Below, in pieces: positions 1 to 9,777 of a stretch of DNA of 25,661 nucleotides. Made by a program: the position numbers and the translations under genes. Source of the DNA: a virus (Duplodnaviria; Caudoviricetes); IMG/VR virus record IMGVR_UViG_3300022868_000089, positions 1-25,661 of that record. One strand, written 5' to 3'. The notes under the pieces are model-generated. The model did no database searches, was not told the DNA's origin, and saw only the letters and a list, made by a program, of their open reading frames with translations. How positions within the stretch are numbered: position 1 is the first letter of the stretch; the number at the start of each line of letters is the position of its first letter.

Positions 1-1
1 C

Positions 2-2119
2 AAGAGCGCCAGTTGCTCCAGTAAAAAAAGCCAAATAGCAAGCCGTGTCTGCGCTTTCATCAGCAGCGGTTATATTGAGAGTCCCGGTTGTAATTGAAAG
101 CCCTGCGCCCTCAATATCGGTACAAGCAGTCGCGTCAGCTACAACGGTTCCGCTGAAGTCTGGCATTATCCACGCTCTATCATCCGTTATATTCAGATCA
201 AAGGTCCCGGTCTTAGCGGTAGTCATACCTGATAGTTCAAACTCAACCACCTTAGTTCCGTCACCTTCATCATAAACCTCAAACACATTATCAGCAAAAG
301 ACGATCCTACTACTGAAGTTGTGCCAGCGGAGGTGTTTGGGAAAGTACCTCTTAAATCATCTCCTGTTCCACTGTCTACTGTCCAAGTTGTGTCAGCATT
401 GTTGTAGATTACAAGACGGCGAATAAGGAACCCAGTGCCCTTGAACTCGGAAGGAATACTGTAATCAATTACCCTATTCTTATCCTCTCTCACCTTATCG
501 TATTTAGCCGCACCCTCAGAACTAGAAGGAAGGTTTATAAATAGTTTACACTCCCCCGACTTCTCACTTACTGCACCCCACAATACAATAGCGTATGTCT
601 TACCTTCAAGATCTGCACCAAGCGAATCAGCTACAATACTTTGAAGGTCTGCTACAGGCGTATAATCCGTTACGCTATTATTGACAACGTACATCGTCGC
701 TGGATTTGTGAACGCTGGGAAAGTGTGCGAATGTAGTTGATAAACATGTCCAGAAGCAGTTGATACAGTAACAGCACCGGTTCCGCTCCCCGTAATAGAT
801 ACTGCAACACCACCCTCATACGATGGATGACGTTGCCTAATCCATCTATTTATATGAGATAAATGGCCTTGTTCATCAGATCCCTTTAGATGGTCTGTCC
901 ACACATGGACTTTGTACGCTCCATCAGATGCTACCAGGGTATCGGAAGGGCAGAGGACAGTTGCAACAGGAGCATGTTCAGCACTAGGCCAGCCAGCCAT
1001 TGAGGCAGTCAGCGTTTTGTTACTTTTTAGAACATAGACATAATTAAGTTCAGGAGCAGCATCGGTGCCTTCTGTGAGCTGAACACTTTGAACCGGCGAA
1101 GTGCAATCAAGCGTAGTGTATTCATCAGAAAATAGAAGAGTTAAATCCCCAGTACCTTCTTTCTGCAATTGTAAATCGACGTTAGCCCCGTTTTGTACTA
1201 CATCAACGTCTATTGTTTCAAATATAGACCCGTTGAATGTGTGGTGGATATTAGCATAATTATCGCTGAAATACAAATTACCAGCAGTAATCGTGAAATT
1301 GTCTGTATTTGATACATAAAGCGCCCCTTTTGCTGAAGATGTAGCATCGTCAATAGAAGCTGTTTGCGTAGTATACGATAATGGAGCAGACCACGTATCA
1401 ACACGTTTGCTGTAGGCAGTATCCCAATTCGTATGCGAGTCAGTTATTGAAGATATCGTACCACCTGAAGCGGTTATGATACCTGTTTCAGCGGCAACAA
1501 CAGAGTCCGTTTCAGTACAATTAAGTATGTTACCGGATACAGAAAGTTTATCTCCTTCAATACTGGTACACGTATTAATGTTCGTTACGGCGTCAACACC
1601 AGCACCAAAGAAGTCAACCGCAGCGTCACCGCCAGCAGCAGTGGTTGCCGTTGAAGAATTACCTGTACACGAACCAGCCGAACCAGAAACATCACCAGTT
1701 ACATCACCAGTTATATTACCGGCAAAATTTGTATCTGCGGTAATTACCCCACCATCAATCTTTGAAGTTCCTACATCTATAGCCCCAAAGTTAGACGTTA
1801 TTGTACCTGCGTCTAAAGCTCCAACAGTAGTAAGATTTGAGCAAGTAGTAATATTGGCTTGTGTAGCCTGTGTGGTTGCCGTGTCAGGAGCTAAACCGGT
1901 GATGGTTGCTACGGTTGCTGACTGACCTGTACACGAACCCGAAGAACCTGTAGCATCTCCAGTTACATTACCGGTTACACCTACCGTGAAAGTATTATTT
2001 GCATCCCACGTATTTGCGTTCTCAAGGCTGGGAAGAGTAAGAGTACCGTCTGCATATCCATATGTCGCAATAGCCAAAACAACTAAAATTACAGTAGAAA
2101 ACTTCTGCCAATTATTCAT
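2..2119 (-). CDS. Tail-fibre/adhesin-like protein with N-terminal signal peptide; >706 aa, 3' end outside the window
   Basis: Manual translation from the ATG at 2119 is open to the window edge: MNNWQKFSTVILVVLAIATYGYADGTLTLP...GNVTGDATGSSGSCTG...GNITGDVTGDVSGSAGSCTG... It is Thr/Gly/Ser-rich with fibre-like GxVTG repeats. It is missing from the ORF track because there is no stop in the window. Confidence 0.75.
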   Translation of the reverse strand, partial: MNNWQKFSTVILVVLAIATYGYADGTLTLPSLENANTWDANNTFTVGVTGNVTGDATGSSGSCTGQSATVATITGLAPDTATTQATQANITTCSNLTTVGALDAGTITSNFGAIDVGTSKIDGGVITADTNFAGNITGDVTGDVSGSAGSCTGNSSTATTAAGGDAAVDFFGAGVDAVTNINTCTSIEGDKLSVSGNILNCTETDSVVAAETGIITASGGTISSITDSHTNWDTAYSKRVDTWSAPLSYTTQTASIDDATSSAKGALYVSNTDNFTITAGNLYFSDNYANIHHTFNGSIFETIDVDVVQNGANVDLQLQKEGTGDLTLLFSDEYTTLDCTSPVQSVQLTEGTDAAPELNYVYVLKSNKTLTASMAGWPSAEHAPVATVLCPSDTLVASDGAYKVHVWTDHLKGSDEQGHLSHINRWIRQRHPSYEGGVAVSITGSGTGAVTVSTASGHVYQLHSHTFPAFTNPATMYVVNNSVTDYTPVADLQSIVADSLGADLEGKTYAIVLWGAVSEKSGECKLFINLPSSSEGAAKYDKVREDKNRVIDYSIPSEFKGTGFLIRRLVIYNNADTTWTVDSGTGDDLRGTFPNTSAGTTSVVGSSFADNVFEVYDEGDGTKVVEFELSGMTTAKTGTFDLNITDDRAWIMPDFSGTVVADATACTDIEGAGLSITTGTLNITAADESADTACYLAFFTGATGAL

Positions 2120-2143
2120 TTTAATTCACTCACTTTCCAGCTA

Positions 2144-2404
2144 TTACGTTACGGGTGTTGTGTCGTAATCTACTCTTAACACTTTGTTAGAGTCGAGATA
2201 TACATTGGTAACTGTATAACCTCCTGAGGGAGCTGTACTAGGTACTCCACTACCACGTGTACCACTTGTAGTTTGAGTTGTACCGTCAGGAAACTTGAGC
2301 CTTGTTCCTGCAAGAGGCAGCTCTAACCCATCAGCATCCATATTGACTACTTTATTACCACCAGTGAAAAAATTTAATACACCTGCAAATGGGAATAGAG
2401 CCAT
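2144..2404 (-). CDS. Small hypothetical virion/fibre-associated protein (86 aa)
   Basis: ATG with an upstream GAGG RBS. The LKFPDGTTQTT motif resembles segments seen in phage fibre/structural proteins. It sits directly upstream of the fibre-like ORF. Confidence 0.55.
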   Translation of the reverse strand: MALFPFAGVLNFFTGGNKVVNMDADGLELPLAGTRLKFPDGTTQTTSGTRGSGVPSTAPSGGYTVTNVYLDSNKVLRVDYDTTPVT

Positions 2405-2440
2405 GCCTCATCTGCCCCTTTCTCTGCTTCTTAACCTACA

Positions 2441-2773
2441 TTAAAACTTCAAACTGGAAAATATCTTTGACAGCAGAATCTTGGCCGCAACATCTACTAA
2501 AGGCTTCCACTCATCATCAACCTTAATAGCTACTGCATTATTAATCGCCTTTTCAGCAGCACTCAGTCCAGAAACAGCCGCTAAATCTCTCGCACAATAG
2601 GTGCAGGTAATGAAACCACGAGCGCAAATAAGGAAATTGTCAAAAACATTTCCACAATGAGGACAGCGCATTTTTCTTTTTCCGTCAGGATACACAACAA
2701 TACGAAGTCCTGGGTCTATCTCAACACATTCTCCATTTGCTATTTGTGCGTCTACTCGATCTTTCTTTATCAT
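2441..2773 (-). CDS. Hypothetical zinc-finger protein (110 aa)
   Basis: Two CxxC pairs (CPHC ... CTYC). The start overlaps the stop of the upstream gene (TAATG). Confidence 0.6.
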   Translation of the reverse strand: MIKKDRVDAQIANGECVEIDPGLRIVVYPDGKRKMRCPHCGNVFDNFLICARGFITCTYCARDLAAVSGLSAAEKAINNAVAIKVDDEWKPLVDVAAKILLSKIFSSLKF

Positions 2774-3120
2774 TACTTTTCACTCTTCTCTACGATTATT
2801 GCCTTCTTCTTCTTTGGGATAAACCTACTGGTTATGTTTGCTGGAATAGTCAATGCAAATCCAACCGCTAACGCAGCTAAACATTTACCAAGAGCCTCAA
2901 CCAGCTCGATAGGCAATAAGACAGATGCCTTGTAGGAAACCCCCCACGCCACTAACAGAGCAACAAACCACGCCGGTTCGTCAATGAACCGCTCCAACTG
3001 CTTTACTAACTTAATCCTCTTTAAGAACTCAGTGGCTCCAGTAACAAATAGAATCACAATAATAACCAGAAGAGGATTCAAGCTCGAAATGAATGATGCG
3101 TCCGTTGGAATTGAAATCAT
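2773..3120 (-). CDS. Holin-like membrane protein (115 aa)
   Basis: About three hydrophobic segments (PLLVIIVILFVTGA; WFVALLVAWGV; LAALAVGFALTI), a 'TEFLKR' segment and a basic C-terminus (PKKKK). GGAGG RBS upstream. Confidence 0.5.
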   Translation of the reverse strand: MISIPTDASFISSLNPLLVIIVILFVTGATEFLKRIKLVKQLERFIDEPAWFVALLVAWGVSYKASVLLPIELVEALGKCLAALAVGFALTIPANITSRFIPKKKKAIIVEKSEK

Positions 3121-3132
3121 TATCCACGCCTC

Positions 3133-3573
3133 CTATTTCTTCAATAATACCTTCACGTAAACCTGCTTTTTATTACCTACACCAGAGCACACAAGACGTA
3201 GCACTCTGTTATAACAACTTACTAATCCACCAACAGCATTGATTAACTTCGCTATAGTGCTTGAACCATAAGCTGCACCAGCGCCTAAGAAGTAATCAAT
3301 CTCATCAACATCATAAAGGTAGGTACTCCAAGCATCAGTGGGTGTAGCAGTACCGGGTTTCAACACAGCACTATAAACATCTCTGTTCAATTTTCCATCT
3401 GGACCAAGTATACCGAGAGAGGTATCTGTAAGATCGGCTTCTGTCAATGTATAATCAACATCACCTGCTGCGTCTGAAGTACAATCAAAAATAAGCTCTT
3501 CATTCGGGCCATCTGATTCAGGTCCAGCAGCCTTAACCGAATATGTAACCGTTACCGTTCCCTTATTAGCCAT
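3133..3573 (-). CDS. Hypothetical (probably virion structural) protein (146 aa)
   Basis: AGGAG RBS, beta-rich acidic composition, directly downstream of the portal. Confidence 0.55.
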   Translation of the reverse strand: MANKGTVTVTYSVKAAGPESDGPNEELIFDCTSDAAGDVDYTLTEADLTDTSLGILGPDGKLNRDVYSAVLKPGTATPTDAWSTYLYDVDEIDYFLGAGAAYGSSTIAKLINAVGGLVSCYNRVLRLVCSGVGNKKQVYVKVLLKK

Positions 3574-3585
3574 TTCAATATCTCC

Positions 3586-5223
3586 TTAAAGATTCTTTAC
3601 TCGTTCCCACTCTAACCGCTCGTCTATCAACGTTCCTATATCCTCCGAAAGTAACTGACAATCTTTACTTTGGAGAATACGCCGTGCTAGATCCTCTTGA
3701 CTGACTTCAGGATTAGATGATTTCCTGTCTTTCCCACGCGAATCCCGAGCGTCTACGTTCATGTCACGTGACCCGGCGGTAGGTTCTCTATCTATGTCCG
3801 TTGTCTTGACTTTCCCACTGTCCCGCTTATCTCGCTCATCCCTCTTCTTCTCTTCCGCCTTATCATACTTAGCTATTTCCTTAATGGATTCTTCACTCAG
3901 GCGTAGTATATGACGATAAATCCACTCGGTAGGTATGTAGAAATCAGGATTGAACTCTTTAATAATCTGTGCTCTTAACCGCTCTGTCTGATACTTCCTC
4001 AACTCACCTACGGTTCCCATCGGTGGAAAGACAACACTCCACTTTAACTCAGATGGATTTATTCCAGCTAAGATAAATTGAATGCTGTACACCTTCTTAT
4101 GTCCAATGGATGTTGCCAATTGAACGTTCCTTATAGCTTTGGCAAATTCTCCGAGCTGTTCTACAAGAGTTGACTTGGAATTAATATCTCCAGCAAATCC
4201 AAGGAGTGCGCTTGGAACCTTTGGACCGGCGAGCATCTTGTTATGAAAATACCTTACATCTCGTATCTCACCTGTGTTATTGTCACCTTGAATAACCTGA
4301 ATACCTTGATGCTTTGCACCTTCACGAACAGGAACAAACAAATCTTCGTCATCAGTAAGAGGACTCATTTGCTGTTTCAGCATTCCAGTGGAAGGATCAA
4401 GGACACGTTTCTTTCTGTATTTCTTCTTCAATTTATCAATGTACGCTAATGCAGCATTCCCCTGCATGTTTCCTACATCAATCAACCATGCAAGGCGCAT
4501 CTGCGCTCTCCGTATGCGTCCAATGATAAGACTGTTCTCCAACGCATTTAATTGTTTCCATGCTTTTCTGGCAGCGTTTAATACACTTACACCATAGCCT
4601 GTTTTCCGATTCATGTTTATTGAATACTCTGCTATCTGCCACTCTCTAAACTTAGCAACAGCAGTATCCAAAGACAAATCCTTCTGTGTATAAGCATATT
4701 CCTCTAACCTACGGCGTATGTCATAATTTTTAACCATCTGATCGGCTGGGATAAACTTCAACCACCATACAGTTTTATTGGCTACTACAATCTCCTGAAA
4801 GTCCACTCCGTACTTAACTAACCCACGTACAATCTTCGGTGTGTCCTCTCGTATACCGGTGAGCCTATCCGTTCGATCAACCATCTGTTGCGCCTTTGTT
4901 TTGATAGCATCACTCGGTGCGTCCTCAATGACCACCTTATATGTCTCTCCGATTTCCTGTCCGTACACAACATTGTTAGTATAAATATCAAGAGCAGCAC
5001 TTATCTCTGGAATCTCTTCATCCATAACATCAAAATCTTGATACTTAGCAAGTCTTTCTCTTCCAATTTTTAATGAATCTAAAATAGACTGACTTATACT
5101 ATCATATCCTGTGTAAACATTAGGTTCTGGATCTGATGTTTCGGTTGTCTTTTCTCCTCTTGAAGGTGATTCAGACATACCGAAATCCTGAAATCTTTTA
5201 CTAATCCACGATAATATATTCAA
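3586..5223 (-). CDS. Portal protein, T4 gp20-like
   Basis: IGRIRRAQMRLAWLIDVGNM...KRVLDPSTG and EDLFVPVREG...DVRYFHNK parallel T4 gp20 motifs. It follows terminase. The probable start is TTG at 5223, with a GGAGG RBS 9 nt upstream and a TTGA overlap with the TerL stop; the ORF track starts at 5253. Confidence 0.88.
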   Translation of the reverse strand: MNILSWISKRFQDFGMSESPSRGEKTTETSDPEPNVYTGYDSISQSILDSLKIGRERLAKYQDFDVMDEEIPEISAALDIYTNNVVYGQEIGETYKVVIEDAPSDAIKTKAQQMVDRTDRLTGIREDTPKIVRGLVKYGVDFQEIVVANKTVWWLKFIPADQMVKNYDIRRRLEEYAYTQKDLSLDTAVAKFREWQIAEYSINMNRKTGYGVSVLNAARKAWKQLNALENSLIIGRIRRAQMRLAWLIDVGNMQGNAALAYIDKLKKKYRKKRVLDPSTGMLKQQMSPLTDDEDLFVPVREGAKHQGIQVIQGDNNTGEIRDVRYFHNKMLAGPKVPSALLGFAGDINSKSTLVEQLGEFAKAIRNVQLATSIGHKKVYSIQFILAGINPSELKWSVVFPPMGTVGELRKYQTERLRAQIIKEFNPDFYIPTEWIYRHILRLSEESIKEIAKYDKAEEKKRDERDKRDSGKVKTTDIDREPTAGSRDMNVDARDSRGKDRKSSNPEVSQEDLARRILQSKDCQLLSEDIGTLIDERLEWERVKNL

Positions 5224-7247
5224 ACTCTCCCGCCTCCAAGCCACGAGTACCATTCAGGAACTTCTATATCTGGGCGCTCAGGTTCTTCTTCAACCTCGTC
5301 CAATTCTTCTGCCTCTTTTATATCTTCTTGGCCCTCGCCCAAAGGTGTTACTCCGTCCATCAACCCAAGGCTTGGTTCTAACCATCCACCTATACCTAAA
5401 TAAGCTCCATGGTGCGCTCCCGCTAGCGCATCAGCAATATCTTTATGTGCGTTGGGTCCATAAGAAACGTGATCTATTTTTCCTTTTCTTCGATCATCCT
5501 GTAAACCAAGCAATTCATCAATCACTGGTTGGTAGTAATACATTACCAACCGCCTATCCTCAATACATCGTTTTAACAAGTAGTAAGCCGCTGGACTACG
5601 ATCAACACTAAGGTATGTTGCATTGAATCCTAATTTATTAAGTTCTTGCAGAGATCCTTTTGAGTTCCACCAGTCATATGTTATCCCGGCCAAAGGTATA
5701 CCAATTTCTCTCAGCTCAGTAAACAATCCACGAACGGCAGCAAAATCAATCTCTGCTCCTTTCGGATGCACAATCTGGAGCATGAAATCGACATAGACAA
5801 TCGGAAGTTTTTCTACAACAGTGATTACTCTACCTGTCAGCCGATCAAAGACATCTCTCTCCGGTATGGTTCTCCTGTGAGTACGCTCTCCTGCTTTATG
5901 GCACACGGAAACACCACAAGCATCTCCACTGGCGGCAAGATCGACGTGAGCGTATCGTGGTGCGTCTGGATGTAGGATAGGAATACGGAATCCGTCTTTA
6001 TCAATACGAACTAACATCTCTTGCAGGAAATACGCGCCATCCTGTAGATTAGTTTTTAGGGCGGAATAAGGATGTTTAATTGAGAGGTCAAGCTTAGTAC
6101 ATTCATAAATACGTTCTCTTTTTGTAATGAGAGGACTGATAGCCACAGTGCTTCTACCTGCAATATCTCTTATGGCTCTATCTATGTCATCAACGAAGTC
6201 AGGATAGAAATCCATTGGTACGGAGAGTACTTCCATCCCAGGTTTTATATCTGCGTCAGTCTCAATAATACAAGAGGACATCATGCTGTTACCTAGACCA
6301 ACACGGAACTCTTCCTTCATATACCTCTCCCGAGGACGTGTTTCCCACGTAGCGTAACTCCTCACAAACACCGTGTCACGCTCTCCTACCTCTTTAACTC
6401 TTCGCTCCAAGTAGGCGTCCTCTGTGGTCTTGGATGATATAATAACAAGCTTTCCTGGGATATGGCCTTGCTGCACGAATCTACTCTTCAACCTCGTCCT
6501 GAGTGCGTTTACCAATACCTCTGCTTGATGGAACTCGCTGGTTGCTTCTCTGGACCGACTTGAATCCATAACACGGGCCATAAAGTTTGCCTCATCCACG
6601 ATACCACCAAAAATTGTTTTACCAATGGCAGATAGTTCAGTGGAGTTACCGGGCATGGCAACGATGTTCTTTGGAAAATTTAGGCTGGATTTGATTCTTT
6701 TATCAGGAGGATAGTTACGCTGGAACCATGGAGACAGTCTTACCATATCTGATAGTTCAGCAAATATCTGTGTTTTGGCTTGAGCACCTGTGATAGACAG
6801 GTTCATTATTGTGATAGTTGAAGAAGGTGAAAGACTATAAAAAGACTGTGGTGACTTTAAGCATAGGAGTTCGTAAATCATCCTTGCCTCTATCAAAGCC
6901 CCTAGGAACGATTTCCCATACCCAATGCCACCAGCTAATATTACCTCAAATACAGTTGGATCGTTAAATAAATCTATGAAATCCTTTTTTAGTACGTCAA
7001 ATACTTCAACAGCATCTCCAAGATAATAAGGATCGAGGAGAAAGGTTTCTGGGTCTACAGGTATTTCATCATAATCTTCATCGTAAAGGTCTTGAAGAGT
7101 TTCTGAATCGCCTTCTTCTGCTATTTCATCAATAACGGATAAAAGAGCAGCACGTTCTTCAGGAGTTAGACTCTCGTATTCCTTATCAGTCAGAACTCCC
7201 GCTAGTGGATGATCGCCGTTTTTTTGTTTTTTGTTTATCTTTGGCAA
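5220..7247 (-). CDS. terL: Terminase large subunit
   Basis: Walker A GGIGYGKS, Walker B GGIVDEANF, coupling motif VIISS. RNase H-like nuclease acidic motifs HVDLAASGD, ITYDWWNS and KDIADALAG. Lies upstream of the portal. Confidence 0.92.
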   Translation of the reverse strand: MPKINKKQKNGDHPLAGVLTDKEYESLTPEERAALLSVIDEIAEEGDSETLQDLYDEDYDEIPVDPETFLLDPYYLGDAVEVFDVLKKDFIDLFNDPTVFEVILAGGIGYGKSFLGALIEARMIYELLCLKSPQSFYSLSPSSTITIMNLSITGAQAKTQIFAELSDMVRLSPWFQRNYPPDKRIKSSLNFPKNIVAMPGNSTELSAIGKTIFGGIVDEANFMARVMDSSRSREATSEFHQAEVLVNALRTRLKSRFVQQGHIPGKLVIISSKTTEDAYLERRVKEVGERDTVFVRSYATWETRPRERYMKEEFRVGLGNSMMSSCIIETDADIKPGMEVLSVPMDFYPDFVDDIDRAIRDIAGRSTVAISPLITKRERIYECTKLDLSIKHPYSALKTNLQDGAYFLQEMLVRIDKDGFRIPILHPDAPRYAHVDLAASGDACGVSVCHKAGERTHRRTIPERDVFDRLTGRVITVVEKLPIVYVDFMLQIVHPKGAEIDFAAVRGLFTELREIGIPLAGITYDWWNSKGSLQELNKLGFNATYLSVDRSPAAYYLLKRCIEDRRLVMYYYQPVIDELLGLQDDRRKGKIDHVSYGPNAHKDIADALAGAHHGAYLGIGGWLEPSLGLMDGVTPLGEGQEDIKEAEELDEVEEEPERPDIEVPEWYSWLGGGRV

Positions 7248-7944
7248 TGGTTCTCGATCTTTGCTTTCTCAGCTCCCGCAAAGAAGGTTCCTTTACCTCT
7301 TCTATAGGTAAAGGAGCATTGCCCTTGATATTCTCGTCCATCCGCATCTCTTCATCCAAAGATGTATCAGTGATTAATGGTTGTTCAGGTTCAACATCAA
7401 GAAATTCATCTATCTTCTTCGACATTTCTTTATGATCTTCCTCAACACTACGTCCCACCAATTGCTCATCAACCGTGCGAGACATGATTAACTTCGCCAT
7501 CTTTCTTACTTTATCACGACCTGCTTTTGGTAAGGCTGTCTGTTTAGTTACAGAGCGAGTTTCAATCTCCAAGCCGAGCGTTTTGACTCTATCAAGATCC
7601 ATCACAGTGCTTGTTCCCACAGCAATATACGCCTTAGCAGCAATGTCGTAAGCCAATAATAGCTGTTGTACTGAAACGGACTCTGGATCGTCTTTGAGTC
7701 TTCTATCTATCTCGTTACCAATGGTATCCATCTTATCAAAGAGCATACCTAAAACATCGAACCGCTTCTTCAACGACTCCTGCATAAGGACATCTAGCTT
7801 CTTGTCCTCCTGCCTTAAAGTTCTAACAATGACAGCTTCTGCTCTCATCTCTAAATGCTCGTCACCGTTAGCGAGAGCACGAATCTCTTCACGTATCTGC
7901 TCCAACATTTCTTTTTCTTTTAGTAGTTCCGCTGGCCTAGACAT
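7186..7944 (-). CDS. Helical hypothetical protein, candidate terminase small subunit
   Basis: Charged helical protein with a basic C-terminal tail, immediately upstream of and overlapping terL by 62 nt. The function is positional inference only. Confidence 0.45.
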   Translation of the reverse strand: MSRPAELLKEKEMLEQIREEIRALANGDEHLEMRAEAVIVRTLRQEDKKLDVLMQESLKKRFDVLGMLFDKMDTIGNEIDRRLKDDPESVSVQQLLLAYDIAAKAYIAVGTSTVMDLDRVKTLGLEIETRSVTKQTALPKAGRDKVRKMAKLIMSRTVDEQLVGRSVEEDHKEMSKKIDEFLDVEPEQPLITDTSLDEEMRMDENIKGNAPLPIEEVKEPSLRELRKQRSRTIAKDKQKTKKRRSSTSGSSD

Positions 7945-8137
7945 TAGTATTTACCTTTCTAAAACCAATCTTCCTGCGTGGTCTTGCTAATTTATTTCCG
8001 TTACAGTCTAGTAACCTAGAATCATCAGCAGAATCATCAACAGAGCAAGGAGCATTTATCGCTGTATTTCCTATGTGCTTACTATACATAAGATCTCCTG
8101 GTGTATGAGTCCAGCGTCTAATATTTTTTATACTCAT
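7937..8137 (-). CDS. Small hypothetical protein (66 aa)
   Basis: Fills the gap between neighbours, overlaps the next start and has a GGAG RBS. Confidence 0.45.
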   Translation of the reverse strand: MSIKNIRRWTHTPGDLMYSKHIGNTAINAPCSVDDSADDSRLLDCNGNKLARPRRKIGFRKVNTNV

Positions 8138-8141
8138 GGTA

Positions 8142-8405
8142 TTAATCTCCTATCAACTGGTCGTGCTTGGCTACTTTGGAATACCTAGCGATCTCATTTA
8201 TACCTGCATGCTTCTTATCTGCGTCCATATCCTTCTGTGTCTTTGATCCTCTTTGGGAATCACCGGGAATGATAGGTACAGAGAATACCTTTTCCATTGC
8301 TATACCACACTTAGAACACATAGGTAAATCAACATTTCTATCTACCACGAATCTATCCTCTACCAATTTGATACCACAGCACGGACACTTATACTCGTAG
8401 GTCAT
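8142..8405 (-). CDS. FmdB-like zinc-ribbon regulatory protein
   Basis: MTYEYKCPCCG...PMCSKCG...MEKVFS matches the FmdB CxxC_CxxC_SSSS zinc-ribbon pattern. ATGA coupling with the upstream gene. Confidence 0.75.
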   Translation of the reverse strand: MTYEYKCPCCGIKLVEDRFVVDRNVDLPMCSKCGIAMEKVFSVPIIPGDSQRGSKTQKDMDADKKHAGINEIARYSKVAKHDQLIGD

Positions 8406-8875
8406 TTCTTACTCCTTTTTTTCTCTAATTTTTTTAGCTTCTTACGATGATTAGCTCTATCTTGAGCTTCCTTCTTTCTTCTCTGTGCTTCTTCTGTTGC
8501 ATATTCAGCAGCTGCACGATGTGCCATTGAAGGATTGATTCTAGTCTTTCCAATCCCAAACAACCTGCGTATCCTGTTGTACTGATGAATCACACCACAC
8601 GGAGTAAGGTCGTACTTCTTACACATTGCCTTTACTACTGCCAATGATTCTGTATCAGTACGTGTTTGCTGAATGGTGCGGTATATTTCTACATCACGCG
8701 CTACCTTATTCAGATCGTGTCTTGATGGGATTGGGATCGTTGTACCACCAAAAACTCTAATGAACTTCTTCGTTGTGTCCCATCCCATTATCTCAAACAA
8801 TTCCACAAAAGGGGTGTCCTTGAATAGGGTTAGGAGAAGTGATATCTCATCTACCGGATCGTCTATTGGGTTCAT
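8402..8875 (-). CDS. Mor/C-like transcription activator
   Basis: LFEIMGWDTTKKFIRVFGGTTIPIP...RDVEIY followed by an HTH-like segment (MCKKYDLT) resembles the Mu Mor family. Basic C-terminus. Confidence 0.65.
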   Translation of the reverse strand: MNPIDDPVDEISLLLTLFKDTPFVELFEIMGWDTTKKFIRVFGGTTIPIPSRHDLNKVARDVEIYRTIQQTRTDTESLAVVKAMCKKYDLTPCGVIHQYNRIRRLFGIGKTRINPSMAHRAAAEYATEEAQRRKKEAQDRANHRKKLKKLEKKRSKK

Positions 8876-8881
8876 TATTAT

Positions 8882-9223
8882 TTACTCCTTGCTTAGTAAT
8901 TCACCAACAAAAGAAGATGCTGCTTTATATTTTGGCAACCACTTGTTAAGTTTATCCAATGCTGATTCAACACCTCTATGTGTTCCTAATCTATAAGCAC
9001 GGAGAAGTGTCTCCTTACCATTGATAACGTGTTGCGCAGAATCTAACAAGTCTTTTACAACACTAGCAGGAACAGTGGTGGAAAGTTCTCTTTCAAGTTG
9101 ACGAGCGAACTCAATCTTTATTGACTGACTCTGCCCAACCACTATAGGATAACAATCACCGCCACCATCATCCATTATGTCTTTAACTATGATATTGGAA
9201 TCGGTCCTGGGCGTTTTACTCAT
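8882..9223 (-). CDS. Hypothetical protein (113 aa)
   Basis: ATGA overlap with the ruvC-like stop. MSKTPRTD...FARQLERE is a phage-type small protein pattern. Confidence 0.6.
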   Translation of the reverse strand: MSKTPRTDSNIIVKDIMDDGGGDCYPIVVGQSQSIKIEFARQLERELSTTVPASVVKDLLDSAQHVINGKETLLRAYRLGTHRGVESALDKLNKWLPKYKAASSFVGELLSKE

Positions 9224-9777
9224 CTTGTTTCTCTCCTAAGCCACTCCGCCATCAATATAGCGTCAGTCTTGTTGTCATCCAGCTTCTTTGCACGTGCTGT
9301 CTTTCCGATTCTAAAATCTACAGAAGGCCATTGCTGTGTAGCTGCAAGAGTGCTTCGTCTTTTTATCTCTTTACGTTTCCTAGCGTTTTGCTGCTTCTTG
9401 TTTTCTCCGTCCTTCTTTATGATTTGAAAGGCTCCTATCATAGGTGCTTGCCATACCTTCGGCTTGACCATGACCAACGGAACCCCCATACAGGCAGTCC
9501 AAGTTTTCCAGAATTTAACTGCGCCTAAGAATGTAGCGGTTGCTTTTATTCCTCCGCGCTTCTGCTTACCATTATCAGTCAATCCCATGTATGTCCCAAC
9601 GTCCTCCAACACCACTCTAAGCGGAGGTCTTTTACCGAGCATAACCTTCAGCTTCTTTACAGACGGTACATCTAATGTCGTATCTATAGATGCCATTCCT
9701 GCAAATGTTCCATCAGGTGCCAATATCATTACCCAAGATACCGTACCCGGATCAATTCCCCAAAAATACTTAATCAT
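9220..9777 (-). CDS. ruvC: RuvC-like Holliday junction resolvase
   Basis: FWGIDPG, VVLEDV, VKPKVWQ and DNKTDAILMA motifs. The likely start is ATG 9777, in an ATGA overlap with the sigma stop, rather than 9822. Confidence 0.85.
   Translation of the reverse strand: MIKYFWGIDPGTVSWVMILAPDGTFAGMASIDTTLDVPSVKKLKVMLGKRPPLRVVLEDVGTYMGLTDNGKQKRGGIKATATFLGAVKFWKTWTACMGVPLVMVKPKVWQAPMIGAFQIIKKDGENKKQQNARKRKEIKRRSTLAATQQWPSVDFRIGKTARAKKLDDNKTDAILMAEWLRRETR

Noticed and set aside
1210-1404. 64 aa minus-strand ORF (similarly 4818..5000 and 12012..12206)
   Set aside because: Out-of-frame ORFs nested inside longer, better-supported genes.
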